Positions 38,356 through 51,607 of a stretch of DNA of 64,000 nucleotides are shown one piece after another. This stretch comes from Mobula hypostoma (taxonomy: Eukaryota), in assembly GCF_963921235.1 (NCBI RefSeq), contig NC_086109.1, positions 14,510,001 to 14,574,000 on the forward strand, in the 5' to 3' direction. The position numbers and the translations under genes are program-made. Every line of letters starts with the position of its first letter. The first letter of the stretch is position 1. The notes beneath the pieces were generated by a model. The model was not told the origin of the DNA, did not search any database, and saw nothing but the letters and a program-made list of their open reading frames with translations.

Positions 38356-41300
38356 TATTATACATTTCAAGTAAGACCACTTCTCATGCTTTTATACTCC
38401 AGTGAGGATCGGCCCAATCTGCTGAACTTCTCTTTATATGTCAGCCCTTTGTTCCAGGATTCAGCTAGTGAATCTTATCCAACACAAGCACATCCTCTCT
38501 TAAAATGGAGACCAAAACTGTACAAGGTACGCCAAGTGTGGTTTAACCAACATCCAGTAAAACTGCAAGAAGTGTTCTCTGCTTTTATTCTCCATAACAC
38601 TTAGAATAAAGGGCACCTTCAGGGAAATACACACTTGAATGCCAAAGTCTCCCTGTCCCACAATTTTCTGTTTTCTGTTACCTAGTTGAACCATCACATC
38701 AGTGACAGTCACATCAATTTGAAGTTAATAAGCCTCAGCATATCTGAGATCCACAGTCTAGGGCTGTAGCAACTGGCCACTGTGCCTTAGAACAACCTAA
38801 TTTTTTTTAAGCGGCACACACGAAATACTGGAGGAATTCAATAGGTCAGGCAGCAGCGTCCAGTCGGTGTTTCGGACTGAGACCCTTCTTCAAGCAGACC
38901 TGGGCCTGCTCAGTACCTGGAAAGGAACCTGCTGAGGAAACCCAGGTAGAGAGAGAGAGGCCAGCAGGTCACTCACTCACCCACCCAGCAGATGCAAAGG
39001 GCTCCGGACTGACACTGACATTACGGTCATAATAACTTAGAAAAGACCCAACATAAGTCCATGTCTTCCCTCAGGGAACTTTCATATTCAACAGCACGCT
39101 ATAAATCTGTTCAAAATCAGCATTATCAGTAATCAAGAATTCTAATCAATTTGGCTTGGCTGGTCAGCATATAACCTTCAACCTCATCAATTAGGAAATA
39201 GATCTATGTGGCCATCACTGTTTGTGGAAGCTCTCTGTACATAATGACCTACTCTTTAAAATATTTTACCTTGGAGACCTTTGGTTGCACGTCTCACCTT
39301 AAAGACCCCCTCTGTGAGTGCCCCATCCCTTCAGCATTGCACATACTGCGTCATTCTGAAGTATGTGCTCATTTCTCCGAGCCCAAATTCAGATTGGTAA
39401 CACTTAGTCATGACTGACATCTTCCATGATCAAAGGTTTCAGCTGACGTATTTCATTACCATTGCTGTACAGCTTATCAAGCCTCGAGGTTATCAGATGC
39501 ACACTAACACCTGGCAATGCTTGGGATTCAATGATCAAGGCAGTGATATCCAGGTCCTCACCCTGCACCTCTTGTACGTAACGAGCACCAGAGGAGGAAA
39601 CAACCCTACTCTGTTTACATCAGGGACAGCTCAGCTGCTGTCCACATCCCACAACAGGAGCAAGCATGAGAGGGGCAATCAGAGAGACTGAAACTACTAT
39701 GCAGCAGGTACGCGAGACTGTAATGCAAGAGAAGTCGTAGAGTCATAAATCATGAAAACAGGCCCTTCAGCCCAACTCATCTGAGCTATTGTACAGCCTA
39801 GCAAGCTAGTCCCCTCTGTCTGCATTTGGCCCGTAGCACTGTACACCTCTCCTAACCATTTACAAGATTCAAAGTGCATTTATTTTCAAAGTACGTATGC
39901 AGTATACAGCCCTGAGATTTGTCTTCCTGCAGGCAGCCACAAAACAAGGAGCACCATGGAGACCATTCAAAGAAAATATTAAATGTCCAACGCACGAGAA
40001 AAAAAGAACAAATCGTGCAAATGGCAAAATACAAGCAAATAACACACAGAATATTAAACATCAAACCATATTTTATGAATGCTCAGCTCAGCTCAATTTA
40101 GCGCTGTGTTGTTTGTTGACTGCAGGCCGCAAAGCCAGTCTGCAAAGCGCCCCGATCAGAATCACGCAAAAAGGCAATTAAAGAGTAGTCAGAAAACAGA
40201 AACGCATGTAACATGAACTGCAGAGTCCTCTGAAAGCGAGTCCAATCCACAAGCTGCACCAATCAAACCTTGCCAAGAGTTGTACACCTTCCTCCAGCAG
40301 CAGAGAGTGACAGAGAGAGGGAGACCGGCCAAACTCAGGAAGGTGACGCTGAGCACCCGCTCAGCTTCCGCATTCTTGCTCAGCGATTTCAATCTTGCAC
40401 CATGCTTTAATCGGCGAATAATGGAGCTGAGCATGGGCTCATGATCCACCATCCGTTCTCAACTTTGCTCTCAAACACATTGAATTCCCTCGGAGACAGC
40501 GTTTACTTATCTGACTGGCTTTTAAATGTTGCTAATATATCAACCACTACTTCTGACAGCTCATTCGAAGTACACACTGCCCTTTGCATGATGAGGCTGT
40601 CCCTGATGTCTCTTTTAAACTTATGACCTTTAAACCTCTGGTCTTAAACCTATGATTAGCACATCCTCCCCGAGAAAAAGACCCTTCACCCTGTTTCTGC
40701 CCCTCATGATGTTATATACCTCTACCAGGACACCCCTCAGGGAATAAAGTTGTACTCTACGCAAGTTCTGTTTGTAGCTCAGCAACGCTGACCTCCCCCC
40801 CACCCCCGCCACAAGGTGAGAGAGCAGGAAAGAGGATTGTTTTGCTGTTGCTGAAGTCAGGAGAGTTCTGACTTCCCAGAGTTTCCCAGCAGTTACACTG
40901 GGATAATTGGGATACTCAAGCTGATCCAGCCTGGGTTTAGTGCCTTTGTTTCATTTCAATGGGGAAGAACAGCTGCAAGGAAGTTCTGGGTAATGTAAAT
41001 TTGTATTAATTACTGGAAATTACTAGAGTTTTTAATTATTTTTAGTATCTTAGCCTTGCAGTCTAAAGGTGAGTGATTGTCTTGGATGTTTCTCTTGCAA
41101 TCACAAGACCCTTTTGGACATTGCTATTGTAAAATGCTGCAAGTTAGCTTCCCTTGTTTATTGGTGAGGCAGGCAGCAGGGGAACTGTGTGGCCTTGGTT
41201 GTGGTGAGAACCAGGCCTCAAGCCGCGGGCTTGCCTGTTGCAGCAGTCCAGGAGGGGAGGCGTTGGATGCGGTGCAGTGCGGCAGCCATGCTGGATTGGG

Positions 41301-42771
41301 GCCTGGCCCACCCCATGGGTGCTGTTCTCCTGAGTTCGTTCGATGGAGGACAAACTGGATTGCACGCATACGTACATTCATCTGCGTACTGCTGAAAGCT
41401 GCTTATTCTTGCTGATAATACACATGCACCAACAATTTACAGAACATGTCACTCAAGGATTTGGGATATATATATTTTTTGTGTGTGACTGTATGTTCAG
41501 TGCCACCTTAAGTGCCTTATGCTGTGAATGATTGTTGGTACTGTGTTTTGCACCTTGGCCCCAGAGGAACACTTTTGTTTGGATTTATTCATCTATGGTT
41601 GAATTATAATTAAACTTGAAACTTAACTCATTTATGAACTTGTTAGAATGTAATTGCATGTTTTTTGCCCCAGTCGCTTTACAGTATGTTTCAACTTTTG
41701 TGAATGTCAGGAGTTGAGGCAGTGTTGCAAGTCAGAAAAGACAAGAACGCGCCTCAACCAGCTTTCAAAGCACATCTGGGGGTGGAAGTTGTCACTTACA
41801 GCAGGACCTCACCAATCAGGAGCTCCTTGCTGGTACATTTACAGAAGGGAGTGATAGATACGTCTCATTCAGTTGCACAGGGAGGAACCCGCCCAAAGGC
41901 TAAAACACTATCCAGCTATTGGAGTACCTCTTCCCCAAATCCACATCAGCTACCGACAAATGACAAGCTCTTCAGCAACAATACATATGAACAAGCTTTT
42001 GTAAAGTACTTTCAATTTAGTAGAATGGATGGGGCTGTTATGAAATGTCACAGCCACTTTGTGTGAACAACACCACAAATGAAGCAATCTTTCTGTAGTG
42101 CTTTGTCTGAAAAAAAAACATTTTGATGACCTGCGTGCACCGGGCATCAAATGCAGGGTGGAGAGCAGGAGGTACTGAGAAAGGAGTCTGAGGTGATAAA
42201 GGCATGAGAAAAAAAAGTGAAGAAACTAGAGGGCATTGGTGAGACCACATCTGGACAAGTGTGTGTCGTGGAACATAAAACAATATAGCTCAGTATGTGC
42301 CCTTCGGCCCATCTTGTGCTGACCTATAGTAACCTACTCCATGACTTACACACCCCATAACAATCCATATTTTCTTTCATCCATACACCTATCTAACAGT
42401 CTCCTAAATGTCCCTATTGTATCACCCTCTACCATCACCCTTGGCTATGTGTTCCCGACATCTACCACTCTCTGTGTATGAAACCTACCTCTGACATCTC
42501 CCCTAGGTCAATCCAGTGCCGTTCCGTAAGGAGACCCTGTCCGTTCCCTTCCCCCCACCCACAACCCCCGTGAAATACACGGGCTTTGTCCGGCTCCTCC
42601 AGTTTCTTCCCACAGTCCAAAGACAATAGGTTAATGGGTCATTGTAAAATTGACCCACCATAAGGTTAGGGTTAATCGGGTTTGTCGGGGGTTGCTGGGG
42701 CGGTGTGGCTCGAAGGGCCAACTCCACAGTGTATCGCTAAATAAATAAACTTTCCTTCACTCACCTTAAAT

Positions 42772-42852
42772 CAGGGGTTCCCAACTTGGGGTCCAAGGAC
42801 CCCTTGGATAATGATAAGGGTCAATGACATTAAAAAAAGGTTGGGAACCCCT
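42772..42852. mobile_element. 80-bp hAT-type MITE copy inserted in a CR1 fragment
   Basis: CAGGGGTTCCCAAC...GTTGGGAACCCCT. Confidence 0.75.
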
Positions 42853-44304
42853 TTACATCCACTGGCATTAACCATTGCCACTCTAGGAAAATGGTGCTCT
42901 GTCTAGGTCTCTCATAATCCTATACACCTCTATCAAATCGCCACTCATCCTTCTCCATCTGCCACTTCTCCGCTCAGTTCTGCATCCTGTCTATAGCCTG
43001 TAAGAACCTACGACAACCTTTTACACTGTCCACAACACCTCCAAACTTCGTGTCATCTGGTTTCCTTATTTAATGAGGGATACACTTGCATTAGAAATGT
43101 TTCAAACAAGATTAACTATGTTAATCACTGGCACAAACTTGTGTAGCACAGATACATTGAATAAGTTGGATGTGTACTCACTGGATTTCAGAAGAATGAG
43201 TGGTTTATTGAAACATGCAAGATTCTGTGGGACTGAGTTGACATTTTACCCTTGTGGGTAAATCTAAAAGTAAGGGGCATTATTTTAGAATAAGGGGCTA
43301 CCCATTTACAATGGAGAGGGGGGGAGAAACTGAGAAACAACTACTGGCAGAGGGTCGTGAATCTTTAGAACTGACTACTCCAGTGGGTCATGAATCAAAA
43401 TCGTTTACTCCAGAGATATGTGAAAATTGAATTTCAGTCCATAGGAGCATGCAGGAAAACCTAAAGCGAGAACACATTTAATTAAATTATAAAGTCAGGC
43501 AACTTTACCTCGAGGGCAGTTTGCTGGACTTTTACATAAAAAGTGACCCAGCTAAATAACTTGTCATGCTATCAAGAACAAGGTACACCGTAATACCATT
43601 TTTTAAAAAGCGGAGAGCTAAACAACTGATTGATATTTAATGCGTTTGATTATCATGTTCTTTCCCTACACCCACAACAAAGCGAAAACCTTGGGTCCGC
43701 CAAAGCTCCATTCATCTGCAAAGGATTTTGGAAATGATGTGGAGATCATTGCTGAAGTTAAAACCATTCTTCAGAGTGATGAGCCCTGAACGTTCCCATT
43801 GTTTTGTATCGTTATGGTCGACTATCATGCCAAGTGACATTTCCTTTAATGACAATTGGCTGGTTCACTAAATGGTTTCAGTCATAAAGTTATAAAGTCA
43901 TGTAGCACAGAAATCATCCTTTTGGCCCACCATCTCCTGGAGTACTTCCAGCATTTTGTGCATGTCAACCAATGTTTTATAAAGCTGTACTATATGCTCC
44001 CTATGCTTGCCTGCTCATGAAGGCTAGTAACAAATATACCTCCTCTACCACATTAACTACATGTGCTGCCACCTTCAGCGATTCCTCTGCGATTCAGTAT
44101 GCCTTAAAAACCTACTATTTATTGTATATGCTTTACTCTTGAACATCTCCCAGATGCATTACCTCCCTCATATCAACATCTGTCATTGTTCTGCCTACTT
44201 TACCAACAGATTGATATCTTCTTGTAATCCTCCTCACTATCGACTACACTGACATACGTTGCATCACCTACAAGCTTATTAATTATAGTTCTACCTTCAT
44301 ACGT

Positions 44305-44680
44305 GGGTGGCAGGAGATACATCTCTACTAAAGGAGGCATAAGGCACTCCATCCCTCCCCTCACCTGCAGGTCACCCTTGGGCAAGGTGTAGCACCTGCT
44401 TAGCCCCCAAATCAGGGTCTCTTGAAGCCATGGAAGCAGGTGGTGGATGGTCGTATGAGCAGCTGGTGCATATCACAAGTCCCGGTTACGCAACCACTGT
44501 CACCAGGCAGACGATCTCTGAAGAATATTGGTAACGGCTGGGGTCACCCTTCTTGTAAAGACACTGCCCAGAAGAAGGCAATGGCAAACCACGTCTGTAG
44601 AAAAATTTGCCAGGAACAATCATGGTCATGAAAAGACCATTATCACCTATGTCATAAGACATGGCACAGAACTAACAAAC
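44305..44680 (+). mobile_element. About 360-bp non-autonomous retroposon with RTE-like 3' motif (4 copies)
   Basis: agaagaaggcaatggcaaaccac.tctgtag...tttgcc resembles the RTE/Bov-A end motif. Copies at about 34925-35280, 46248-46570 and 56515-56885. Confidence 0.65.
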
Positions 44681-44889
44681 AAACCTTCATATCGATTTTA
44701 AACAGAATGAAGAAAGTATAGACCATGCCAGAGTTGTGATGAGTAAGCAGACATACAGACTCGCCCGATGTATTCTCTCACAAGGAGTGTAACTGTAAAT
44801 CTGTGACTGTAAATTAAGTAGAAAGTAAACATGAGGTTTATAAAAAAAATACACAAGATGCCATAGTTAGTGCTGAATTCTAAATACAA

Positions 44890-45325
44890 GAGATTCCACA
44901 GGTGTTGGAAGCCTTAAATCAACCCATAAAATTCTTGCTGAAGTCAGGCAGCATCTATGGAAAGGAATAAACTGTTGATATTTCAGGAAAAGACCCTTCA
45001 TCAGGATGGGAAAGGAAAGGGGAAGTAGCCAGAAAAAGAAGGTGGGGGAAGGGGTTGGAGTACAAGCCGGCAGGTGATTGATGAAGCCAGGTGAGGGGGA
45101 AGTGAGAAGCTGGGAGGTGATAGGTGGAATAAGCCAAGGGCTGAAGAAGATGGAATCTGATAGGAGAGGACGGTGGACCATGGAAGAAAGAAAAGGAGGA
45201 GGGGCGCCAGAGAAAGATGATAGGCAGACGAGGAGAAGAGGTAAGGATGAAGCCGGAGTGGGGAATAGAAAAAGAGAGACGATGGTGGGGGTTAAATTAC
45301 CAAAAGTTAGAGAAATCAATGTTCA
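44890..45325 (-). mobile_element. Penelope terminal-repeat remnant with hammerhead-like motif (about 44972-45008)
   Basis: Reverse complement of the same terminal repeat seen at 11500-11898 and 53700-54005. Confidence 0.7.
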
Positions 45326-47715
45326 CACTATCACCCCTCCCTTCAACGCCTTACTGCGGGGATTCCCAACCTGTGGTCCACGGAGCTCTTGCTTAATGAT
45401 GTTGGTCCATGGCATAACAAAGGTTGGGAACCCCCCCTCTACTGTAAACAAAATGTAGATACTTATCCAATAGGAGGCAAGAGTTATGAGGAACTGAGAA
45501 GGGAAACAGTTGAACCCAAGGTCAGATTGGCCATAATCTTATTGAATTGTACAGCAGGCTATGGAACTAATTTCCTTCTCATATTTTCTGTTTTCTCAGA
45601 GAAGACAAGAAATATGTTAGCTTCAGTATAATTTTCTCTAAAAAGTATCAATTCCAATATGAGACCAGAGCCCACAAGAGTTTACAGTCTTGTTTTACCA
45701 GTGTCTAAATTATGAGGCCATCCTATGCAACGTATGTCAAGAGAATTAATTTCAGCTGACACCCTTATTGTAAAAAACTTGTATCATCACATCGTATCAT
45801 TTTGTTTGCTTCACTCACTCTCAAGCACATTCTTTCACGAGTTCGTGTTATTAGATATGACAAGTTTAATCAAGTCTGAAAATCCGCCCTCGACTCATTG
45901 CTGTTTGCCATGGGAGAAAATGAACGGTATTTTGGAAGGAAGCCACGTTGCTTACCTTCAGGCCGTCCCTGCTGCATGCAACACTGTCAGACTCAGTGAA
46001 GCTCAAGTGTAAGTACCAAATAACTGAGCCCCATCTCCCTCATGCACGGACTGTTCACCAGAAGTGTCAACATTAGCCAGTTTCATTGCAGATGAAGAAA
46101 AAACAGGTTTATTATCACTGACATGTGAAATTTGTATTTTGCAGCAGCAGAACAGAAACAGAATTATCATCACTGACATATGTCATGAAACTTACTGTTT
46201 TGTAGCGGCTGTGCAGAACAATACTACAAGTTGCTAAACAAATATTTGGTGGTGGGGCGGAGATATCTTTCTACGAAAGGAGGTATAAGGTGCTCCTTCC
46301 CTCCACTAGCCTGTAGGTCACCCTTGGGCAAGGTGCAGCACCTGCTTAGCCCTCTCCCCTACTGATCAGGGTCACGTGAAGCCCTGAGAGCAGGTGGTGG
46401 ACGGTCGCGTGAGCAGCTGGTGTACATCACAAGTCCTGGTTATACCAGGCCCACAATCTCTGAAGGGTGTTGATAATGGCTGGGGTCACCCGTCTTGTAA
46501 AGACACTGCCCAGAAGAAGGCAATGGCAAACCACGTCTGCAGAAGAAATTTGCCACGAGCGATCATGGTTGTAGATGAGGATAATGACTGAACAAATAAA
46601 TATGCAAAAGAAACATGGTGAGGTAGTGTCTGTGGGTTCATGGAATGTGCAGAAATCTGATGGCAGAAGGGAAAAACTGCTGCTAAAACACCGAGTGTGG
46701 ATTTTCAGGCTCTTGCTCCTTCCCAATAAGAAGTGGGCATGTCCCAGTTGGTAACTACCAATGTAAGACATTAAAGTTATACTAAGTCACAACAAGAGCG
46801 AGATAGTGATCATGGGTTCTTGAACTGTTCTGTGGTACAGCTATAATTTCTGTTCAACACCTTGAAAAATGTCCAAATAGTTTCAATAGCACTGCAGGTC
46901 AGCACAGCGATGTATTACTGGAGCTGCTGCCTAAAGGCTCCAGAGATTTGGGTTCACCCCTGACCTTCAGGGATATCTCTGTTGTCCCTGTGACCACGAG
47001 TTTCCTCCAGTAACTTTGGTCGCCCCTCACATCCCAAAGACGCACAGATTGGTAGGTCAACTGGCCATTGCAAATTGAACCTATTGTGTAGAGTCTGCAG
47101 ATGTTGACAGGATTTTTTAAAATTTAATTTAAGTACAGCGCAGAATAGGTCCTTTCGCACCAGCAATCCCCGACAACTGTGATTTAGCCCTAAACTAATC
47201 ACTGGACAATTTACAATGACCAATTAACCTACCCGGCAGACGAAGGAAACCAGAGCACCCCGGGGAAAACTAACGCATTCTATGGGAAGGATGTGCAGAG
47301 GCCCCTTACAGAGGGTGCTGGAACTGAATGTCAAACTCCAAAGCTCCGAGCTGTAATAGTGTCATGCCAGTTGCTATGCTACCATTGTGCTCCAAATGTG
47401 GGGAGGGGGAATAAATAGGACGAGTCTCGGACTGGTGTAAATGTGTGATTGGTCACTGACTTGGACTCAGTGGGCCAAAGGGCCTATTTCTGTACTGTAC
47501 TATGACTCATTTCCAACAATATTGACTCCAACCAGCTGGTGGTCTAGTGGCATCAGCACTGGACTCCGAGGTAGATGGTCCTGAGTTTGAATCTGACCGG
47601 TTCCCCAACCTGAGCAGCAGTAGTATCTGAGTGGAATTTAAAGGCCTGGTAATCTACTTCCTTATCTTGCACAGAAACGCTATGGACAACTTCCATATGG
47701 CACTCAACAACAACA

Positions 47716-48008
47716 TAATAATAATAGGCATCCAATGGTCTCGCGAGACCATGGATTTGCGCCTTGGAAGGTTTCCAGGGCGCAGGCCTGGGCAAGGTTG
47801 TATGGAAGACTGGCAGTTGCCCATCTCCACACCACCAATGTTGTCCAAGGGAAGGGCATTAGGACCCATAAAGCTTGGCACCGGTGTCGTCGCACAGCAA
47901 TGTGTGGTGAAGTGCCTTGCTCAAGGATACAACACGCTGCTTCAGCCAAGGCTCGAACTAGCAACCTTCAGATCACTAGACGAATGCCTTAACCACTTGG
48001 CCACGCGC
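47716..48008 (-). mobile_element. tRNA-derived SINE with (ATT)n tail, tail-to-tail with a plus-strand SINE (47532-47712, (CAA)n tail)
   Basis: Minus strand begins gcgcgtggccaagtggttaaggc...agttcgagcc (A/B boxes), then tccttgagcaaggcactt. Confidence 0.7.
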
Positions 48009-48064
48009 TAACACAAGAACAACATGAAGTGAACCTCAACCATATTGGAATTGATTTATTATGC

Positions 48065-48265
48065 AAATGTCACACCACTCTTTAAGAAAGGAGGAAGGCA
48101 GCAGAAAGGAAATTATAGTGGTTGGGAAGATGTTGGAGTCAATTGTTAAGGACAAGGTTATGGAGTACTTGGTGACACAGGACAAGATAGGACAAAGTCA
48201 GCATGGTTTCCTTCAGGAAAAATCCTACCTGATGAACTTGTTGGAATTCTTTGAGGAGATTACGA
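48065..48265 (+). mobile_element. CR1 LINE reverse-transcriptase fragment
   Basis: VVGKMLESIVKDKVMEYLVTQDKIGQSQHGFLQEKSYLMNLLEFFEEIT is a typical CR1 RT N-terminal motif. Confidence 0.85.
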
Positions 48266-48658
48266 GATGGTACCAACAGATAGCTTTTAAGGAAAAATTA
48301 AAAGCCAGAAAGAGAGGCGGTGAGCTAGAGGTGCAACAGCCCTGTAAGCATGCCCTCTAATGGAATGAGTGATAGAAATGAGAGCATTATCCAAAAAGGT
48401 TAGAGTTAGAGGGGGTCACAGAGAAATACTATTAACAACAGGTGAAGTGTGGGGTTGTATTTTGTTGTATAATGTTGTGTAAAGTCTCATTTAATGGGCC
48501 CAGATAAGAGCTGAATTGTCTTCTACATGGTTCCAAAAAAAATTGTTGCTCCAATCATAAGTTTTTTTTTAAATGGTTTAAGCTAAATATTGCCCATCTC
48601 ACTTGCACAATTTTTAATAGTAGGTGACATCAAACTGCCTGGTCCAATCAAAAGGATG

Positions 48659-48960
48659 CTGCACGGTAGCACAGTGGTTAGCGTACAGCTTTATTGCACC
48701 AGTGATTAGCAATCAGGGTTCAATTCCCGCTGCTGGCTGTGAGGAGTTTGTACTTTCTCCCCGTGACTGCATGGGTCTCCTCCAAGTTCTTCAGTTTCCT
48801 CCCACATTCCAAAGACATACAGTTGTCGGCATGCCATGTTGGTGCTGGATGTGTGCCGATACTTGCAGGCTGCCCCCTCCCCCCAGCACATCCTCAGACA
48901 GTGTTGGCCGTTGACGCAAACGGTGTGCTTCCATGTAGACATGAGAAATAAAGTTAATCT
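48659..48960 (+). mobile_element. tRNA-derived V-SINE
   Basis: tagcacagtggttagc...gggttcaattcc head and V core. Confidence 0.75.
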
Positions 48961-49905
48961 TTAAAGAATAACAAAGAGAAATGCATCAAGAAACAAGCCA
49001 TAAAATTCCAAATGGGTCACCTACCAATGTATTAGAAGAGGAAGAAAAACAGAACTGAGACAGTAACAAAATATGAAGATGATTGGACTGTGATGAGCTA
49101 CTCGAGAAGAGAAAGCTGGACTGCAGGAGGAAACCAGAGCACCCGGGGAAAACCCAAGCATTCCACAGCGAGGACATACAGAGACTCCTTACAGAACGGC
49201 GCCACAATTGAACTCCGGGCTCTGGGACTTTCCAAACTGTAACGGCGTCGCGCTAACCACTATGTTACCATGGCGCCCAAATAATCACAGATGAAAGAAA
49301 TCTTTGACAAAATGTAACTGTGGAAGTCCTTGTACAATTTGGATCTGAGGGAAGCAACAAAGATTTCTCGCTAAGGAACGAGTTTTAAAGTATCACCTGA
49401 CTGATATCAGAATGAGGAGTTACTTATTTAGATTACGTTATGGGTGTATCAGAAGAGCAAAGTGAAAGGAGAATGGGGAAAGGGTGAGGTGACAAAGAGC
49501 ACGAGAGCGTACTTGCATAAATAGAAGATTGGCCGACTAGCAGAGTGCAAGGATTTGGGATAAGTAAGTCCTTTTAGAGATGGCTGCTGGCGACTCATGG
49601 AGATCAGCAGGGGTCAGTGTTGGGACAGCTCTTCACTTTTACCTCATTAGCCTGGATGTGACTGAGTTGAGGAACAGGCAGTGTTCAAAAGGCAAGGGGG
49701 GGGGGGCTGTCTGCAGGCGTCTTGGACAGGTTGGGAGAGTCGGCAAAGAAGTGACAGATGGGATACGGCAGAAGGAAATACGGGGTTATGCACTTGGCGG
49801 GAATAAAAAAAGGGTGCTGAATATTTTCTAAGTGAGGTTCAAGTTCAGGATTCTGGAGGGGTTTTTGCAAAAATGATCCTGGGAATGAAAGGTTTAACAC
49901 ACGAG

Positions 49906-50138
49906 ACAACAGGAATTCTGCAGATGCTGGAAATTCAAGCAACACACATCAAAGTTGCTGGTGAACGCAGCAGGCCAGGCAGCATCTCTAGGAAGAGGCG
50001 CAGTCGACGTTTCAGGCCGAGACCCTTCGTCAGAGTTAGTCCTGACGAAGGGTCTCGGCCTGAAACGTCGACTGCGCCTCTTCCTAGAGATGCTGCCTGG
50101 CCTGCTGCGTTCACCAGCAACTTTGATGTGTGTTGCTT
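49906..50138. mobile_element. Young palindromic Penelope-terminal-repeat insertion into a CR1 fragment
   Basis: Perfect inverted arms 49937-50033 and 50042-50138 (97 bp each) with an 8-nt spacer. Direct repeat (tt)taacacacgag at 49893-49905 and 50137-50149. Confidence 0.85.
50038..50073 (+). ncRNA. Minimal type I hammerhead ribozyme motif (Penelope-associated)
   Basis: AGTC-CTGACGA-AGG-gtctcgg-CCT-GAAAC-GTC-GACT: stem I AGUC/GACU, core CUGANGA, stem II AGG/CCU, GAAA, palindromic ACGU in place of stem III, GUC cleavage triplet. Confidence 0.75.
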
Positions 50139-51607
50139 TAACACACGAGGATCATTTGATAGTTCTGGGCCTGTACTCAATGGAGTTCTATTTATTTATT
50201 TATTGAGATAATGTGTGGAACAGGCCCCTCCGGTCACGCCGCCCAGCATCCACAGCCTAATCACAGGACAATTTACAATGACTAATTAACCTACCAATCG
50301 GTACATTTTTGGACTGTGGGAGTTCAGAAGGACGAGATGGGATCTCATTGAAACCCACCAAATACTGAAAGGCCTGGATAGAAGGGATGTGGAGAGGATG
50401 CTTCTATTGGTAGGAGTATAGGATCAGAGGACACTGCTTCATCCCTTTAAATCTGAGATGAGAAAGAACTACTGCCAAGGAGTAGTGGATCTGTAGAATT
50501 TGTTGCCACAAAGGGCTGTGGAGGCCAAGTCATTAGGTGTTGTTAAGGCAAAGAGTGATAGGTTTTTGATTGATAAAGGAGTTGAGGGTTACGAGGAGAA
50601 GGCAGCAGAATTGAGTTGAGAGAGAAAAGACAATCAGCCATGAAGAATGGCAGAGCAGACTCAATGCTCCAGTGGTGTGGAACAGTAGTACTGAAGTGGG
50701 ACTTAGGACAAGGAGGAGGAGGAGAGCAACTCTCTGCTGGTCGGTGCAGCAAGGAAGCTCAGCTGTCAAAGGGAAATAGAATAAGGACGTCCCTTTAGAG
50801 TAGAGATGAAGAGGAATTTTTTTACCCAGTGGGTGGTGAATCTGTGGAATTCCTTGCCAGCGACGGCAGTGGAGGCCAAGTCATTGGGTATATTTAAAGT
50901 AAGGACATCAAGAGTTGTGGGGAGAAGGCAGGATAATGGGGTTGAAAGGGAAGATGAATCAGCCGCAGTGGAGTAGACTCAGTGGGTCAAATGGTCGAAT
51001 TCTGCTCCTGTGGTTAAAATCACGCAAGTTTCCATGTCCTTTTTGTCTAGGTTTGCATAGCCTGTTGAAGGTCAATATCTTAGCTCACATGCATTTGAAT
51101 TAATTAAAATATTACATGGTGCTCCTCAGGCCTATGCAGATGTATCCACAGAAGGCCAACATTTGCTGAAGAGAGGCCTGCACTGGGAAACACGATCGCC
51201 GCATTACTGCCAGCAGAGCCTGCCCTAAGATTGAAAGCCACAGCAGCCTGGGACAGACAGCGAGGGAAATTGCAGGTTCCAACCTGACATTAATATTCAG
51301 CACACCTACCACTGAAGATCTGAACAACAGTCATACGGTGTACAACAGTGAAAGAACACATCCAGCTCATCTTGTTGCTGACCCCAAATGGTAATCATTC
51401 AGTCAAACTTACACACTGTGTACGTAGTACAGTGCGTTACACTTAAACTTCTATTGCACTGATGGGAACAGCAATCAGCCTCTCTTAACAGCTGTACTTT
51501 AATCTCAGTCAGGTAAATGAACATCTGGTAGTAGCAGCACAGTGGGACACTCCGTGCCGGTTAACAGAGAGCTGGTCTTTCGTTTGGTTACAAATAGCTG
51601 TATTTGG

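Noticed and set aside
47920..48008. tRNA gene
   Set aside because: A/B boxes are present, but the sequence continues into a SINE body and tail, and I could not build a convincing cloverleaf. The same applies to the heads at about 3654, 9593, 35395, 47532 and 48659.
49873..50211. Near-identical ORFs on both strands
   Set aside because: A direct consequence of the perfect palindrome; not protein genes.
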